A stretch of 64,000 nucleotides of DNA, from the NCBI GenBank assembly GCA_041641295.1, contig JBEPYO010000001.1, positions 1,241,006-1,305,005 of the forward strand, written 5' to 3'. Source of the stretch: Nitrososphaerota archaeon (GTDB lineage: Archaea; Thermoproteota; Nitrososphaeria_A; Caldarchaeales; Calditenuaceae). The notes under the pieces were generated by a model, which was given only the letters and a program-made list of their open reading frames with translations, ran no database searches and was not told the DNA's origin. This document shows positions 27,687 to 36,336 of this stretch, in pieces. A program made the translations under genes and the position numbers. Position 1 is the stretch's first letter. Each line of letters opens with the position of its first letter.

Positions 27687-28916
27687 GTGCTATCCGAGGC
27701 AGAAGTATTCCTGAGATGTAGGGAGTGCGGAAAACCCTTCGGCCATATACTGGCACATGTGTGCGATGAATGCTTTGGAGCCCTCGAAGCAGCGTACAGC
27801 CCGGACAGGCACTCGGTAAGCAGAGCTGTGATAGAGGCGCGGCCACCGTCTATGTGGAGGTACTGGGAGTTTCTACCCCTCCTCGACGCATCCAAGAAGG
27901 TCGACATAGGCGCCGGCTACACTCCACTTGTGAGGGCCGAGCGACTCGCAAAAAAGCTGGGTGTCACAAATCTCTACATAAAGAATGACACCCTAAACCC
28001 CACCTTCAGTTTTAAGGATAGGCCTTCGAGCTTGGCAGTCTCAAAGGCTAGGGAGTTTGGCATAGGCGCTGTTGGGTGTGCCTCCACTGGCAACCTAGCT
28101 GGGGCGACGGCCGCGCACGCAGCAGCCGCAGGGCTCCCATGCTATGTCTTCATGCCCAGCAGCGTTGAGAGGACCAAGATTAAACAGGCCGCACTCTATG
28201 GCGCTGAGATACTCCTAGTACAGGGGACCTATGACGACGCCAACAGGCTCGCAGCGCTCGCGGCTGACAGGCTTGGCATCGGCATCGTCAACGTGAATCT
28301 GAGGCCGTATTATGTGGAGGGCTCGAAGACGATGGGCTTGGAGATCGTTGAGCAGCTGGGCTGGCGGACGCCTGACAGGATTATAGTTCCGACGGCGAGC
28401 GGAGCCCTACTCTCCGCGATATTCAAGGGTATCGTTGAGGCGGAGCAGGCAGGCCTGATACGTGATAGCAGTGTAGCCATGACCTGTGCACAGCCGCTTG
28501 GATGTTCTCCGATTGTGAAAGCCTTCAGGGAGAGGAGCGACCGTATAGAGCCTGTCAGGCACCCCGACACTATCGTGCAGAGCCTCGCCATCGGCGACCC
28601 GGGAGACGGCTACCAGGCCCTAAAGGTGTTGAGGGAGAGCGGAGGGACCGCAGTCGCATTGACCGATGACGAGTGCCTAGAGGCTGTCCAGCTGCTTGCA
28701 TCCACTGAAGGCATCTTTGCAGAGCCTGGCGGCGCCATATCAGTCGCAGCCCTCAAGAAACTCCTAGAGCTGGGAGAGATTGGGAGGGATGAGGAGGTAG
28801 TCTGCTGCGTAACAGGTACCGGACTAAAGACAGTTGAACTCCAGCCAGAGCCCAACCGTGTTAGAATCATACCTCCCACACTCGAAGGTGTTAAAAAGGC
28901 TCTAAACCTGCAGTAG
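27687..28916 (+). CDS. thrC: threonine synthase (with N-terminal zinc ribbon)
   Basis: 409 aa with CRECGKPF..CDEC, PLP lysine motif NPTFSFKDRPS, and GCASTGNLAGA. Confidence 0.9.
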   Translation: MLSEAEVFLRCRECGKPFGHILAHVCDECFGALEAAYSPDRHSVSRAVIEARPPSMWRYWEFLPLLDASKKVDIGAGYTPLVRAERLAKKLGVTNLYIKNDTLNPTFSFKDRPSSLAVSKAREFGIGAVGCASTGNLAGATAAHAAAAGLPCYVFMPSSVERTKIKQAALYGAEILLVQGTYDDANRLAALAADRLGIGIVNVNLRPYYVEGSKTMGLEIVEQLGWRTPDRIIVPTASGALLSAIFKGIVEAEQAGLIRDSSVAMTCAQPLGCSPIVKAFRERSDRIEPVRHPDTIVQSLAIGDPGDGYQALKVLRESGGTAVALTDDECLEAVQLLASTEGIFAEPGGAISVAALKKLLELGEIGRDEEVVCCVTGTGLKTVELQPEPNRVRIIPPTLEGVKKALNLQ

Positions 28917-28974
28917 GAGAAGACCAGAAAACCTGTACGGTTTATATCATCCCCTCGCCAGAAATCCTTTAAAG

Positions 28975-29256
28975 ATGTCCCCCAAAGTGAAGGTAACGGT
29001 TACTGCAGTCCTCGCAAACTATCTCGGGGGTCAGAGGGATTTCATAATAGAGGCCGACTCTGTCAGAGCAGTGATAGAGGAGCTGGCAAAGAAGTACGGG
29101 TCAGAGATTAGGAGGAGACTGCTTGACGACAAGGGCCGGCTCAGAAGATACATCAACATCTATGTGAATGATAGAGGGCTGAGCCACCAAGAGCTGGACA
29201 CCAAGCTTCAGGAAGGCGACGAGGTCCTAATTCTTCCAGCCGTAAGTGGCGGATAG
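28975..29256 (+). CDS. MoaD/ThiS/Urm1-family ubiquitin-like sulfur-carrier protein (SAMP-like)
   Basis: 93 aa, beta-grasp pattern, INIYVNDRG...EGDEVLILPAVSGG with a C-terminal Gly-Gly. It has its own TATA (TTTATAT, 28941-28947) about 30 nt upstream of the ATG. Confidence 0.8.
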   Translation: MSPKVKVTVTAVLANYLGGQRDFIIEADSVRAVIEELAKKYGSEIRRRLLDDKGRLRRYINIYVNDRGLSHQELDTKLQEGDEVLILPAVSGG

Positions 29257-29258
29257 GC

Positions 29259-29660
29259 ATGAAACCCTTGAAGGCGCTACCCCCCCTACTAGCCATTGGC
29301 CTACTCGTACAGATCGCGCTGGGGGAGATGGGGCTTGCAGCGAGGGCGCTAAGAGACTTGCATGCGGCCATCGGTTTAGCGGGTGTGGTGTTGACAGCCT
29401 ACGCGCTCCTCGCTGCGCGAGGAGTACGCGCATCCCTCTTGTATCTAACCGCACTTTTCATACTTGTCTTGATTCAATCGATACTTGGGCTAGTTCTCTT
29501 CGGAATATTTAGGGTTGATTTGGAGCTGTTCGAGCTCGTGGAGATGATTCACAGGTATAATGCATATTTGATGCTTGTGGTAGGGCTGGTCGGCGGGATG
29601 GCTGTTGCTGTGGTGAGGAGAAGGGTCAGCTCAGCTGATACTGTCGCGAAGAGCGGATAA
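29259..29660 (+). CDS. hypothetical 4-TM membrane protein with two conserved-looking His
   Basis: 133 aa with four hydrophobic helices and His at the start of TM2 (LHAAIG) and TM4 (IHRYNAY). The ATG lies 2 nt after the stop of the MoaD-like gene. Confidence 0.5.
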   Translation: MKPLKALPPLLAIGLLVQIALGEMGLAARALRDLHAAIGLAGVVLTAYALLAARGVRASLLYLTALFILVLIQSILGLVLFGIFRVDLELFELVEMIHRYNAYLMLVVGLVGGMAVAVVRRRVSSADTVAKSG

Positions 29661-30374
29661 TTTAGAGGCTAGGCTGGTAAGCAGCTCGTCGATGAACTGG
29701 TTCACAGCTTCCACGTACTGCTGGTAGCTGGGTGGAAGGGATAATAGCCACTGTACTATCTCCTCAGCCGAGGCATTCTCGCCCGGATATCTTTCTATCC
29801 AGTCATAATAGTCGAACAGGCCATTCACATTGTTTATCACCCGGTCCACAGACGGTGTAAGTGCGGGCTCGAATGATGCTACAAGCCCCTTTATGTCGAG
29901 CCAGTAGTTCATCGTGGCGTTCCTGTCCGGGCCCAGAGCCTCTACACCCCTCAGCTGGTTTAGGATCGGTATTGCCTGTGATACAGTTCTCACTTGTGTT
30001 TCTACACGCTGCATCCGTGCTTCAACACTGCTTAGCCTCCTTGACAGGTCTGAATTACTTCTTCTCAAATTCTCGAGTTCGCTTGAGAGTGTTGTTTGAA
30101 GTGCTGCTAGGCGCTCCTCGCTCTCTGAGAGCATTCTCTTTGTCTCGCTTAAAAGCGCCTCTAACCTGTCCACGTTGTTAAGGGCGGAGTTGAGTTCTGA
30201 CTGTTTTGAGGCCAGCTCTGCCTCCAGCTGTCTGATCCTCTCCCGCTCACCTGCAAGAAGCTTCTCTGACTCGAGGGCTGTAGTGTATGTGCCGTAGCTC
30301 ATGCCAGCCACAAAGCTCGAGATAGCGACAGCAGCCACGACGACGGCGACAACCAACGCTCTATACAATTGCAT
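29631..30374 (-). CDS. hypothetical membrane-anchored coiled-coil protein
   Basis: 247 aa with an N-terminal TM helix (ALVVAVVVAAVAISSFVAG), about 100 aa of heptad-rich sequence, then a globular tail. No family recognised. Confidence 0.5.
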   Translation of the reverse strand: MQLYRALVVAVVVAAVAISSFVAGMSYGTYTTALESEKLLAGERERIRQLEAELASKQSELNSALNNVDRLEALLSETKRMLSESEERLAALQTTLSSELENLRRSNSDLSRRLSSVEARMQRVETQVRTVSQAIPILNQLRGVEALGPDRNATMNYWLDIKGLVASFEPALTPSVDRVINNVNGLFDYYDWIERYPGENASAEEIVQWLLSLPPSYQQYVEAVNQFIDELLTSLASKLSALRDSIS

Positions 30375-30436
30375 GACACATAGAGCGCGCTGCTAACTAA
30401 TAAGTAATATCTAAATCTCCCAGATCGTTTTAACGG

Positions 30437-31402
30437 CTACCCTGTACCCCTCTCCTGCATCCGCAGCTCAAGCGTCTTCAGGTCAAGCCCAGCCATAGCC
30501 TTGGTCTCATCGACCATCCTCTGAGCCTCCGCAACTATGTCAGGCCTGTCCCAGTAAGTGGTTGCCAGGACTATGGCTTCAGCCCTCGCCCTCGGGTCTG
30601 ACGACTTGAATATGCCTGAGCCAACGAACACGCCGTCACACCCTAGACTCATCATTAGGGCGGCGTCGGCCGGTGTTGCTATCCCTCCGGCGGCGAAGTT
30701 CACCACGGGGAGCCTCTTAAGCCTTGCAGTCTCGAGGACCAGCTCGTATGATACGCGAAGCTCGCGGGCAGCCCTTATAAGCTCCTGCTCATCACCCTCC
30801 TCATACAGAATTGCGATTTTTCTCAGCTCGTTGTTCAGAATCCTGACGTGCTTCACAGCTTCCGCAACGTTTCCAGTCCCAGGCTCACCTTTCGTCCTAA
30901 TCATCGAAGCACCCTCCTCAATCCTGCGCAGAGCCTCTCCCAAGTCGCGGGCACCACAGACGAATGGTGTTGTGAAATCCCATTTCCATATGTGCCTCTC
31001 CTCGTCTGCCGGTGTTAAGACCTCCGACTCGTCGATCATGTCTACTCCCGCCTCCTCGAGGACCCTGGCCTCCCAGGTGTGTCCGATTCTGCACTTAGCC
31101 ATGACAGGGATAGTAACGTGGTCCAACACCTCCTCGATCACTTTGAGGCTTGCAGTTCTCGCCACGCCCCCCGCTTTCCTCACATCGTATGGCAGCTTGT
31201 CCAGCACCATAACTCCGACTGCACCAGCGTCCTCCGCTATCTGAGCCTGCTCAACGTTTGTAACATCCATGACGACGCCGTGTTTAAGCATGTGGGCGAA
31301 CCCTCTCTTCACTAGGGTGGAGCCCCGCTTGACGGATAATCCCTCGTAAACCTCTATCCGGAGCCCCGGAGCTTCCCTATGGCTGAGGGTGAGAGAGATC
31401 AA
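30437..31402 (-). CDS. pdxS: pyridoxal 5'-phosphate synthase lyase subunit PdxS
   Basis: 321 aa with [40 protein letters not shown] and [35 protein letters not shown] start, TATA about 29 nt upstream. No pdxT is adjacent. Confidence 0.95.
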   Translation of the reverse strand: MISLTLSHREAPGLRIEVYEGLSVKRGSTLVKRGFAHMLKHGVVMDVTNVEQAQIAEDAGAVGVMVLDKLPYDVRKAGGVARTASLKVIEEVLDHVTIPVMAKCRIGHTWEARVLEEAGVDMIDESEVLTPADEERHIWKWDFTTPFVCGARDLGEALRRIEEGASMIRTKGEPGTGNVAEAVKHVRILNNELRKIAILYEEGDEQELIRAARELRVSYELVLETARLKRLPVVNFAAGGIATPADAALMMSLGCDGVFVGSGIFKSSDPRARAEAIVLATTYWDRPDIVAEAQRMVDETKAMAGLDLKTLELRMQERGTG

Positions 31403-31501
31403 GTCCGATGGTAGAACCGCTCCTACGATATATAAACCAATCGCGTCACTAGGAGTTTAGGGGGATAGATATTTCATAGAGGGGTATGCGGGATTGGGTG
31501 G

Positions 31502-33169
31502 ATGCGTTTAGGAAGGGTGAGGCTGTTAGCTCTGGTCTTCCTAGCTGGGGCTGCCGTGATGGTTATAGAGCTGGCTGGGAGCAGGCTTCTCACACCTGTT
31601 TTCGGAAGCTCGGTATTCGTGTGGGGTAGCATCATCGGTGTTGTGCTATCCTCTCTCGCAGCTGGCTACTACTTGGGTGGAAGGATCTCCGACCTTCGGC
31701 CTGACCCCCGCCTCCTAGACACGATAGTCTTCACCGCAGGCCTCCTCGCAATCTCAATACCATTTTTCTCGCCTGTAAGTATCGAGGCGGTGTTATCGGT
31801 TGGGCTGGAGGAGCGGTGGGGGGCGCTGCTCGCGAGCCTAGCCCTCTTGGCCCCATCCAACCTCCTGTTGGGGATGGTGTCGCCATTCGCCGTTAAGCTG
31901 GCTACAAGCGAGTTAAGGTTGCTTGGGAGCAGCGCAGGTTACCTATACGCCGTCTCGACGCTTGGAAGCATATTCGGGACATTTGGGACTGTTTTCCTCC
32001 TGATCCCCGCTTTAGACGTCCGCACGATCTTTCTCGGAGTTGGCTTAGCGTTGATGGCGGTCTCGATGGTGAGGCTCGGTATCTCATCGAAGGTTACTTT
32101 CGCGGCGATTCTTCTATTCTTACTCTCTCCGCTGGGTCTTGTGGGTGTCCAAGTGGTAGCAGCTTCAGGCGAAGTGGTGGAGGCGAGAGAAACACCATAC
32201 AACAGTCTTGTGGTGGCTAGGAGCAATGACCTCCAAGTCCTATATCTTAATGGGCTCCCACACAGTGGCATGAGTCTTAAAAACCCGAATGAGCTGGTCT
32301 TCACCTACACTAAGTTCTTCGAGGCAGCTCTTGCGCTGAACAGCAGGGCTAATGATGTGCTATTCATAGGTGGAGGAGGGTTCTCTGGCCCAAAATACTT
32401 CATCAGTAGATATCCCAATATTGCCGTTGAAGTGGTTGAGATAGACCCGGTCGTCGTCGAGGTAGCCAAAAAATACTTCCAAGTCCCCGACGATGAGCGG
32501 CTCATCATCCACGTAGATGATGGCAGGGTTTTTCTGCAGAAGATTGGTAAAAAGTTTGACGCTATCATCATAGACGCATACGCGAAGACCTATATCCCAT
32601 ACCATCTGCTGACCCTTGAGTTCTTCAGGCTTGTGAGGGAGAGGTTGGAGAGCGGCGGCGTGGTGGTCAGCAACATCATAGCATCAGTCGCCGGCGACAC
32701 TTCAGGGATTCTCTGGTCCACCTATAAGACCATGAGCCTAGTCTTCCCCAAGATCTATGTGGTGAAGGCCTCGGAACACGGAGCTCCACTCGTCCAGAAC
32801 ATCATACTCATCGCCTGCGCAGAGGAGGACTGCGACCTCCTTGACTCGCTATCCAAGTGGGGAAACAGGGAGCTTGAGACCCTAGTCGCCCGAGGGCTTT
32901 GGAGCAGGCTGCCTGACCTGAGCGAATACAAGATCTTGACTGACGACTACTCGCCCGTCGAGTCTCTGCTAAACCCTGTAACGGGGAAGCCCTACTCAGT
33001 GGAGCTAGAGTCGGGCGAGTACAGTGTCCCAGCGATACTTATGGGTGGAAGCAACTCACTAGCCTTGGCCGTAGTCACGCTGGCTGCAACATACTGGTTG
33101 GCGTCGCTAGTCTTGGTCATGGCCCCGCGTCGCGAGGTTGGGCGGGGAGAGTATAACTTGGGGGGTTGA
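31502..33169 (+). CDS. spermidine synthase-like methyltransferase-fold protein fused to an N-terminal polytopic membrane domain
   Basis: 555 aa with about 7 TM helices, then VLFIGGGGFSGPKY...VVEIDPVVVEVAKKYF...DAIIIDAY (spermidine synthase/SAM-MTase fold) and a C-terminal TM. Confidence 0.8.
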   Translation: MRLGRVRLLALVFLAGAAVMVIELAGSRLLTPVFGSSVFVWGSIIGVVLSSLAAGYYLGGRISDLRPDPRLLDTIVFTAGLLAISIPFFSPVSIEAVLSVGLEERWGALLASLALLAPSNLLLGMVSPFAVKLATSELRLLGSSAGYLYAVSTLGSIFGTFGTVFLLIPALDVRTIFLGVGLALMAVSMVRLGISSKVTFAAILLFLLSPLGLVGVQVVAASGEVVEARETPYNSLVVARSNDLQVLYLNGLPHSGMSLKNPNELVFTYTKFFEAALALNSRANDVLFIGGGGFSGPKYFISRYPNIAVEVVEIDPVVVEVAKKYFQVPDDERLIIHVDDGRVFLQKIGKKFDAIIIDAYAKTYIPYHLLTLEFFRLVRERLESGGVVVSNIIASVAGDTSGILWSTYKTMSLVFPKIYVVKASEHGAPLVQNIILIACAEEDCDLLDSLSKWGNRELETLVARGLWSRLPDLSEYKILTDDYSPVESLLNPVTGKPYSVELESGEYSVPAILMGGSNSLALAVVTLAATYWLASLVLVMAPRREVGRGEYNLGG

Positions 33170-33174
33170 GCTAG

Positions 33175-34101
33175 ATGGGTGGCTCGGAGGGAATGGTCTC
33201 GGAGCCAGGCCCAGAGGGGTTGGACCGGCTGAGGCAGGCGGGGTCCATTGCTGCCTCTGTCCTCAGGGAGGCTGTCCTAAGGGTTAGGCCGGGAGTGCGG
33301 TCTCTACAGATATGCGAATGGGTTGAAGCCAGGATTAGAGAACTTGGAGCCAGACCGGCTTTCCCCTGCAACATTGGGGTAGACTCCGTTGCAGCCCACT
33401 ACACGCCGACCATCGGAGATGACATAGTAATCCCGATGGGCTCACTGGTTAAGCTGGACATAGGGGTGGAGCTTGACGGATATATAGTTGACACGGCCGT
33501 ATCCGTAGACCTTAGGAGCCCTTACGGCTATTTGGTGGATGTTGCGCGGGAGGCCCTGAGGAATGCTCTCAGCGTTCTGAGGCATGGCGTCAGGGTAGGG
33601 GAGATTGGGAGCATAGTCTACGAGACGGCCACAAGATACAGGTGTAGACCGATCTCCAACCTCTCGGGACACGAGATTAAGAGATACAACCTACACGCGG
33701 GGGTCTCGATTCCGAATATCCCGGCTGCTGAGTCGCAAAGGCTTGAGGCAGGCCACATATACGCTATCGAACCCTTCATAACCCTGCAGGATGCTCCAGG
33801 TCTAGTGGTAAACACTAAGACGGTAAATATTTTCTCGCTCAGAGAAGCCTCCGGTAGAGCTAAAGGCCTTAGCCAAGAGGAGCAGGAGGTGCTTAGAGAG
33901 ATAAACACAGTCTCGCGGGGGCTTCCATACACTACTAGGTGGCTGAGCGAGAAGGCTGCATCGATTCATCCACGCCTCTACAAGCGAGGATTAGTCTTCG
34001 GCTATCCTGTACTGGTTGAGAAGAGTGGGGCACCGGTCTCACAGGCCGAGCACACGGTCATAATCTATGAGGATGGATGCGAGGTATTGACGTCAAGCTA
34101 G
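33175..34101 (+). CDS. map: methionine aminopeptidase, type 2 (archaeal)
   Basis: 308 aa with pita-bread metal ligands (DIGVELDGYIVDTA, GHEI, YAIEPF, AEHTVI) and the type-2 insert. An alternative start is 33193. Confidence 0.9.
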   Translation: MGGSEGMVSEPGPEGLDRLRQAGSIAASVLREAVLRVRPGVRSLQICEWVEARIRELGARPAFPCNIGVDSVAAHYTPTIGDDIVIPMGSLVKLDIGVELDGYIVDTAVSVDLRSPYGYLVDVAREALRNALSVLRHGVRVGEIGSIVYETATRYRCRPISNLSGHEIKRYNLHAGVSIPNIPAAESQRLEAGHIYAIEPFITLQDAPGLVVNTKTVNIFSLREASGRAKGLSQEEQEVLREINTVSRGLPYTTRWLSEKAASIHPRLYKRGLVFGYPVLVEKSGAPVSQAEHTVIIYEDGCEVLTSS

Positions 34102-35345
34102 GCCTTCTGGACTTGTAGTAGCTGGCTGTAAACCTCTAAAGTCTTCTCAGCCGCCCGCTGCCACGTAAACTCTTCAAGCACCCTCCTCCTACCGTTACGC
34201 CCCATCCGCCTAGCGCGGTCAGGGTCTCTCAAAACCTCCTTCACCCCCCAAGCAATGTCGAGCGGGTTTGAGCCATCTACATGCATTCCACACTGATTCT
34301 CTCCCGATGGTATAACCTGCTCCCTGAACCCCACGACACCCCTCGCACCAACTACAACTGGTCTCTCCATGGCCATGGCCTCGAGGCTCACTATACCGAA
34401 AGGCTCGTATAACGAGGGGAAGACACAGACATCCGCGGCGGCATAGTGCAGAATCCTCTCACGCTCCGACACAAACTCGGTCCTTAGGATAACCCGGTCA
34501 CTCAATCCGAGGTCTCTGACTAGATTCTGGAGCACACCCTCCAACTCACCCTTACCCAATATGACTAGCTTAGTCTTGGGAAACTCGCTCAAAATATGAG
34601 GCATAGCTTGGACAAGCTCTTCAACGCCTTTGATATGCACTAGGCGTCCAACAAAGAGTATCATATTCTCATCACTGCCTATCCCATACCGCGCCCTGAG
34701 GCTCTCCCTATCCTGCTGGCTTATGGCCGATGGATCGTATACGTCAGGGTCGACACCGTTCCAGACGACCCTTATCTTGTCAGCAGGCCAGCTGTGTACC
34801 TGCAGATCATCCTTCATCGCGTAGCTCACCGTAATTATTATCGAGGCATACTCGGCTCCGAGCCTCTCAATCTCGGAGACAGTCCTAGAGCCCCTACCCA
34901 TCGCCCTCCCCCACTCCGTAGAGTGGACGTGATAGACTGTGGGAACCTTGCCCAGCCCTGATATGGAGATGCCTGAGAGGGCGCAAAGCCAGTCGTTGAA
35001 GGCAACAATGTCAAACCTGCCATCCAATACCTTAGAAACAAGCCTCGAGGAAGTGGCGGCGTTAAAGGCAACAACATTGCTGAAGAACTTAAGGCCATCA
35101 CCCCACCCCCTCACCTCATCATTCATTATATGCTTCAACCCCGCCGAGAGGTCGGGGAGTTCAACCCAGTTCACCTCGACCTTCTCCATCCCTATTACTG
35201 GGGGGTGGGAGCCGGCGGGAAGAGGGGCATAAACCTCCACCTCATGCCCCAGCTTGGACATCCACATAGTCATGTATTGGGAGTATGTTCCGAGACCCCC
35301 TACGATTACGGGGGGATACTCCCAAGTAATGAACGCAATCCTCAT
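34098..35345 (-). CDS. GT-B glycosyltransferase (GT4/GT5, glycogen-synthase-like)
   Basis: Starting at ATG 35345 gives MRIAFITWEYPPVIVGGLGTY..., E-x7-E region SLYEPFGIVSLEAMA, and C-terminal helix FTWQRAAEKTLEVY. The 22-aa N-terminal extension in the track is unlikely. Confidence 0.8.
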   Translation of the reverse strand: MRIAFITWEYPPVIVGGLGTYSQYMTMWMSKLGHEVEVYAPLPAGSHPPVIGMEKVEVNWVELPDLSAGLKHIMNDEVRGWGDGLKFFSNVVAFNAATSSRLVSKVLDGRFDIVAFNDWLCALSGISISGLGKVPTVYHVHSTEWGRAMGRGSRTVSEIERLGAEYASIIITVSYAMKDDLQVHSWPADKIRVVWNGVDPDVYDPSAISQQDRESLRARYGIGSDENMILFVGRLVHIKGVEELVQAMPHILSEFPKTKLVILGKGELEGVLQNLVRDLGLSDRVILRTEFVSERERILHYAAADVCVFPSLYEPFGIVSLEAMAMERPVVVGARGVVGFREQVIPSGENQCGMHVDGSNPLDIAWGVKEVLRDPDRARRMGRNGRRRVLEEFTWQRAAEKTLEVYSQLLQVQKA

Positions 35346-35451
35346 CCAAGCTGTTATTCCGTTTTTGCTGTTTAAATAAGATATCACCCTGGGATGGGTG
35401 TGGAGTTGCAATAATACTGTGCATATGCTTAAGTATTATCGCGGCGAATAG

Positions 35452-35715
35452 ATGGCGGTTGGCATGACCACCGAGAGGGACGAGTCGACCCTCTTATTGA
35501 CGTTCATGCACAATATGGGCTATGTAGACAAGATGAAGGCGGTGGAGGTTAGAGAACTCTCCGAGGCTCTGGCACTGGATAGGCAGCTGGTAGAGGAGAC
35601 TTTGAGGAAGCTTGAATCCGACGGCTACGTGGCTAGTACTAGGCAGCGAGGGGGCGAAGCAAGCTTCTACCTCACGGGAAAAGGAGTGATAAGGGTCTGC
35701 TCAATATACACGTAG
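35452..35715 (+). CDS. small winged-helix DNA-binding protein
   Basis: 87 aa. VRELSEALALDRQLVEETLRKLESDGYVAS..FYLTGKG is a typical wHTH recognition helix plus wing. ATG 35464 fits the TATA spacing better. Confidence 0.55.
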   Translation: MAVGMTTERDESTLLLTFMHNMGYVDKMKAVEVRELSEALALDRQLVEETLRKLESDGYVASTRQRGGEASFYLTGKGVIRVCSIYT

Positions 35716-35724
35716 GGTCGCGGG

Positions 35725-36336
35725 TTGAGGGTCGTCTTTCTCTCATGGGAATATCCGCCCCGCATCGTTGGTGAACTGGCCTGGCAAGTCCAGTCTCAGA
35801 TTGAGAGGCTTAGGAGAAAGGGGTTAAAAATCGACCTAGTGACGATCAGTGATGCGGGATATTATGTCGAGGAGCCCGCACCCAGTTTTAGGATAACAAG
35901 GATAACCAGCCCAGTCTCTCACCACTCCACAATCATAACGTGGATGGTAAGCATAAACACCGAGGCTGCCAGAATAGTTGCCGACATCTATCACTCGGAA
36001 TCGGATAGGATAATACTCCATACATACGACTGGCACTTCGCCCCAGCCTCCTCAGCCCTGAAAAAAGCCCTCAACATCCCATGGGTGGCCTCCCTCTACA
36101 GCCTCGAGCAGCACAGGTCCCTAAACCCCAACTCGCCGCTCAGCTCCTGCATTAGAACGATAGAATGGCACATGGTCCGCGAGTGCGACTTCCTACTGGT
36201 CAGGGATGAGTGGATGCTAAGAGAGGTGAGGAACAACCTATCCATCGACAGGGAGGCCGTCGTAGTATCTAATCCCTCGGCCGCAGACTGGGAGGACCAA
36301 GTCTTGCAGCTCTACGAGAAGCTGGTGAGCAGCTAA
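35725..36336 (+). CDS. truncated GT-B paralog: acceptor (N-terminal) domain plus C-terminal helix only
   Basis: 203 aa starting MRVVFLSWEYPPRIVGELAW. It aligns with the neighbouring GT through HTYDWH...VVVSNPSA (compare DVIPNGV), then jumps straight to DWEDQVLQLYEKLV (compare TWGRIADQTLGVYHRVL). The whole nucleotide-sugar domain and the E-x7-E motif are absent. Its stop overlaps the next ATG (TAATG). Confidence 0.6.
   Translation: MRVVFLSWEYPPRIVGELAWQVQSQIERLRRKGLKIDLVTISDAGYYVEEPAPSFRITRITSPVSHHSTIITWMVSINTEAARIVADIYHSESDRIILHTYDWHFAPASSALKKALNIPWVASLYSLEQHRSLNPNSPLSSCIRTIEWHMVRECDFLLVRDEWMLREVRNNLSIDREAVVVSNPSAADWEDQVLQLYEKLVSS

Noticed and set aside
30558-31244. 228-aa ORF on the plus strand
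   Set aside because: It is antisense to pdxS, Ser/Ala/Pro-rich, with no motifs.
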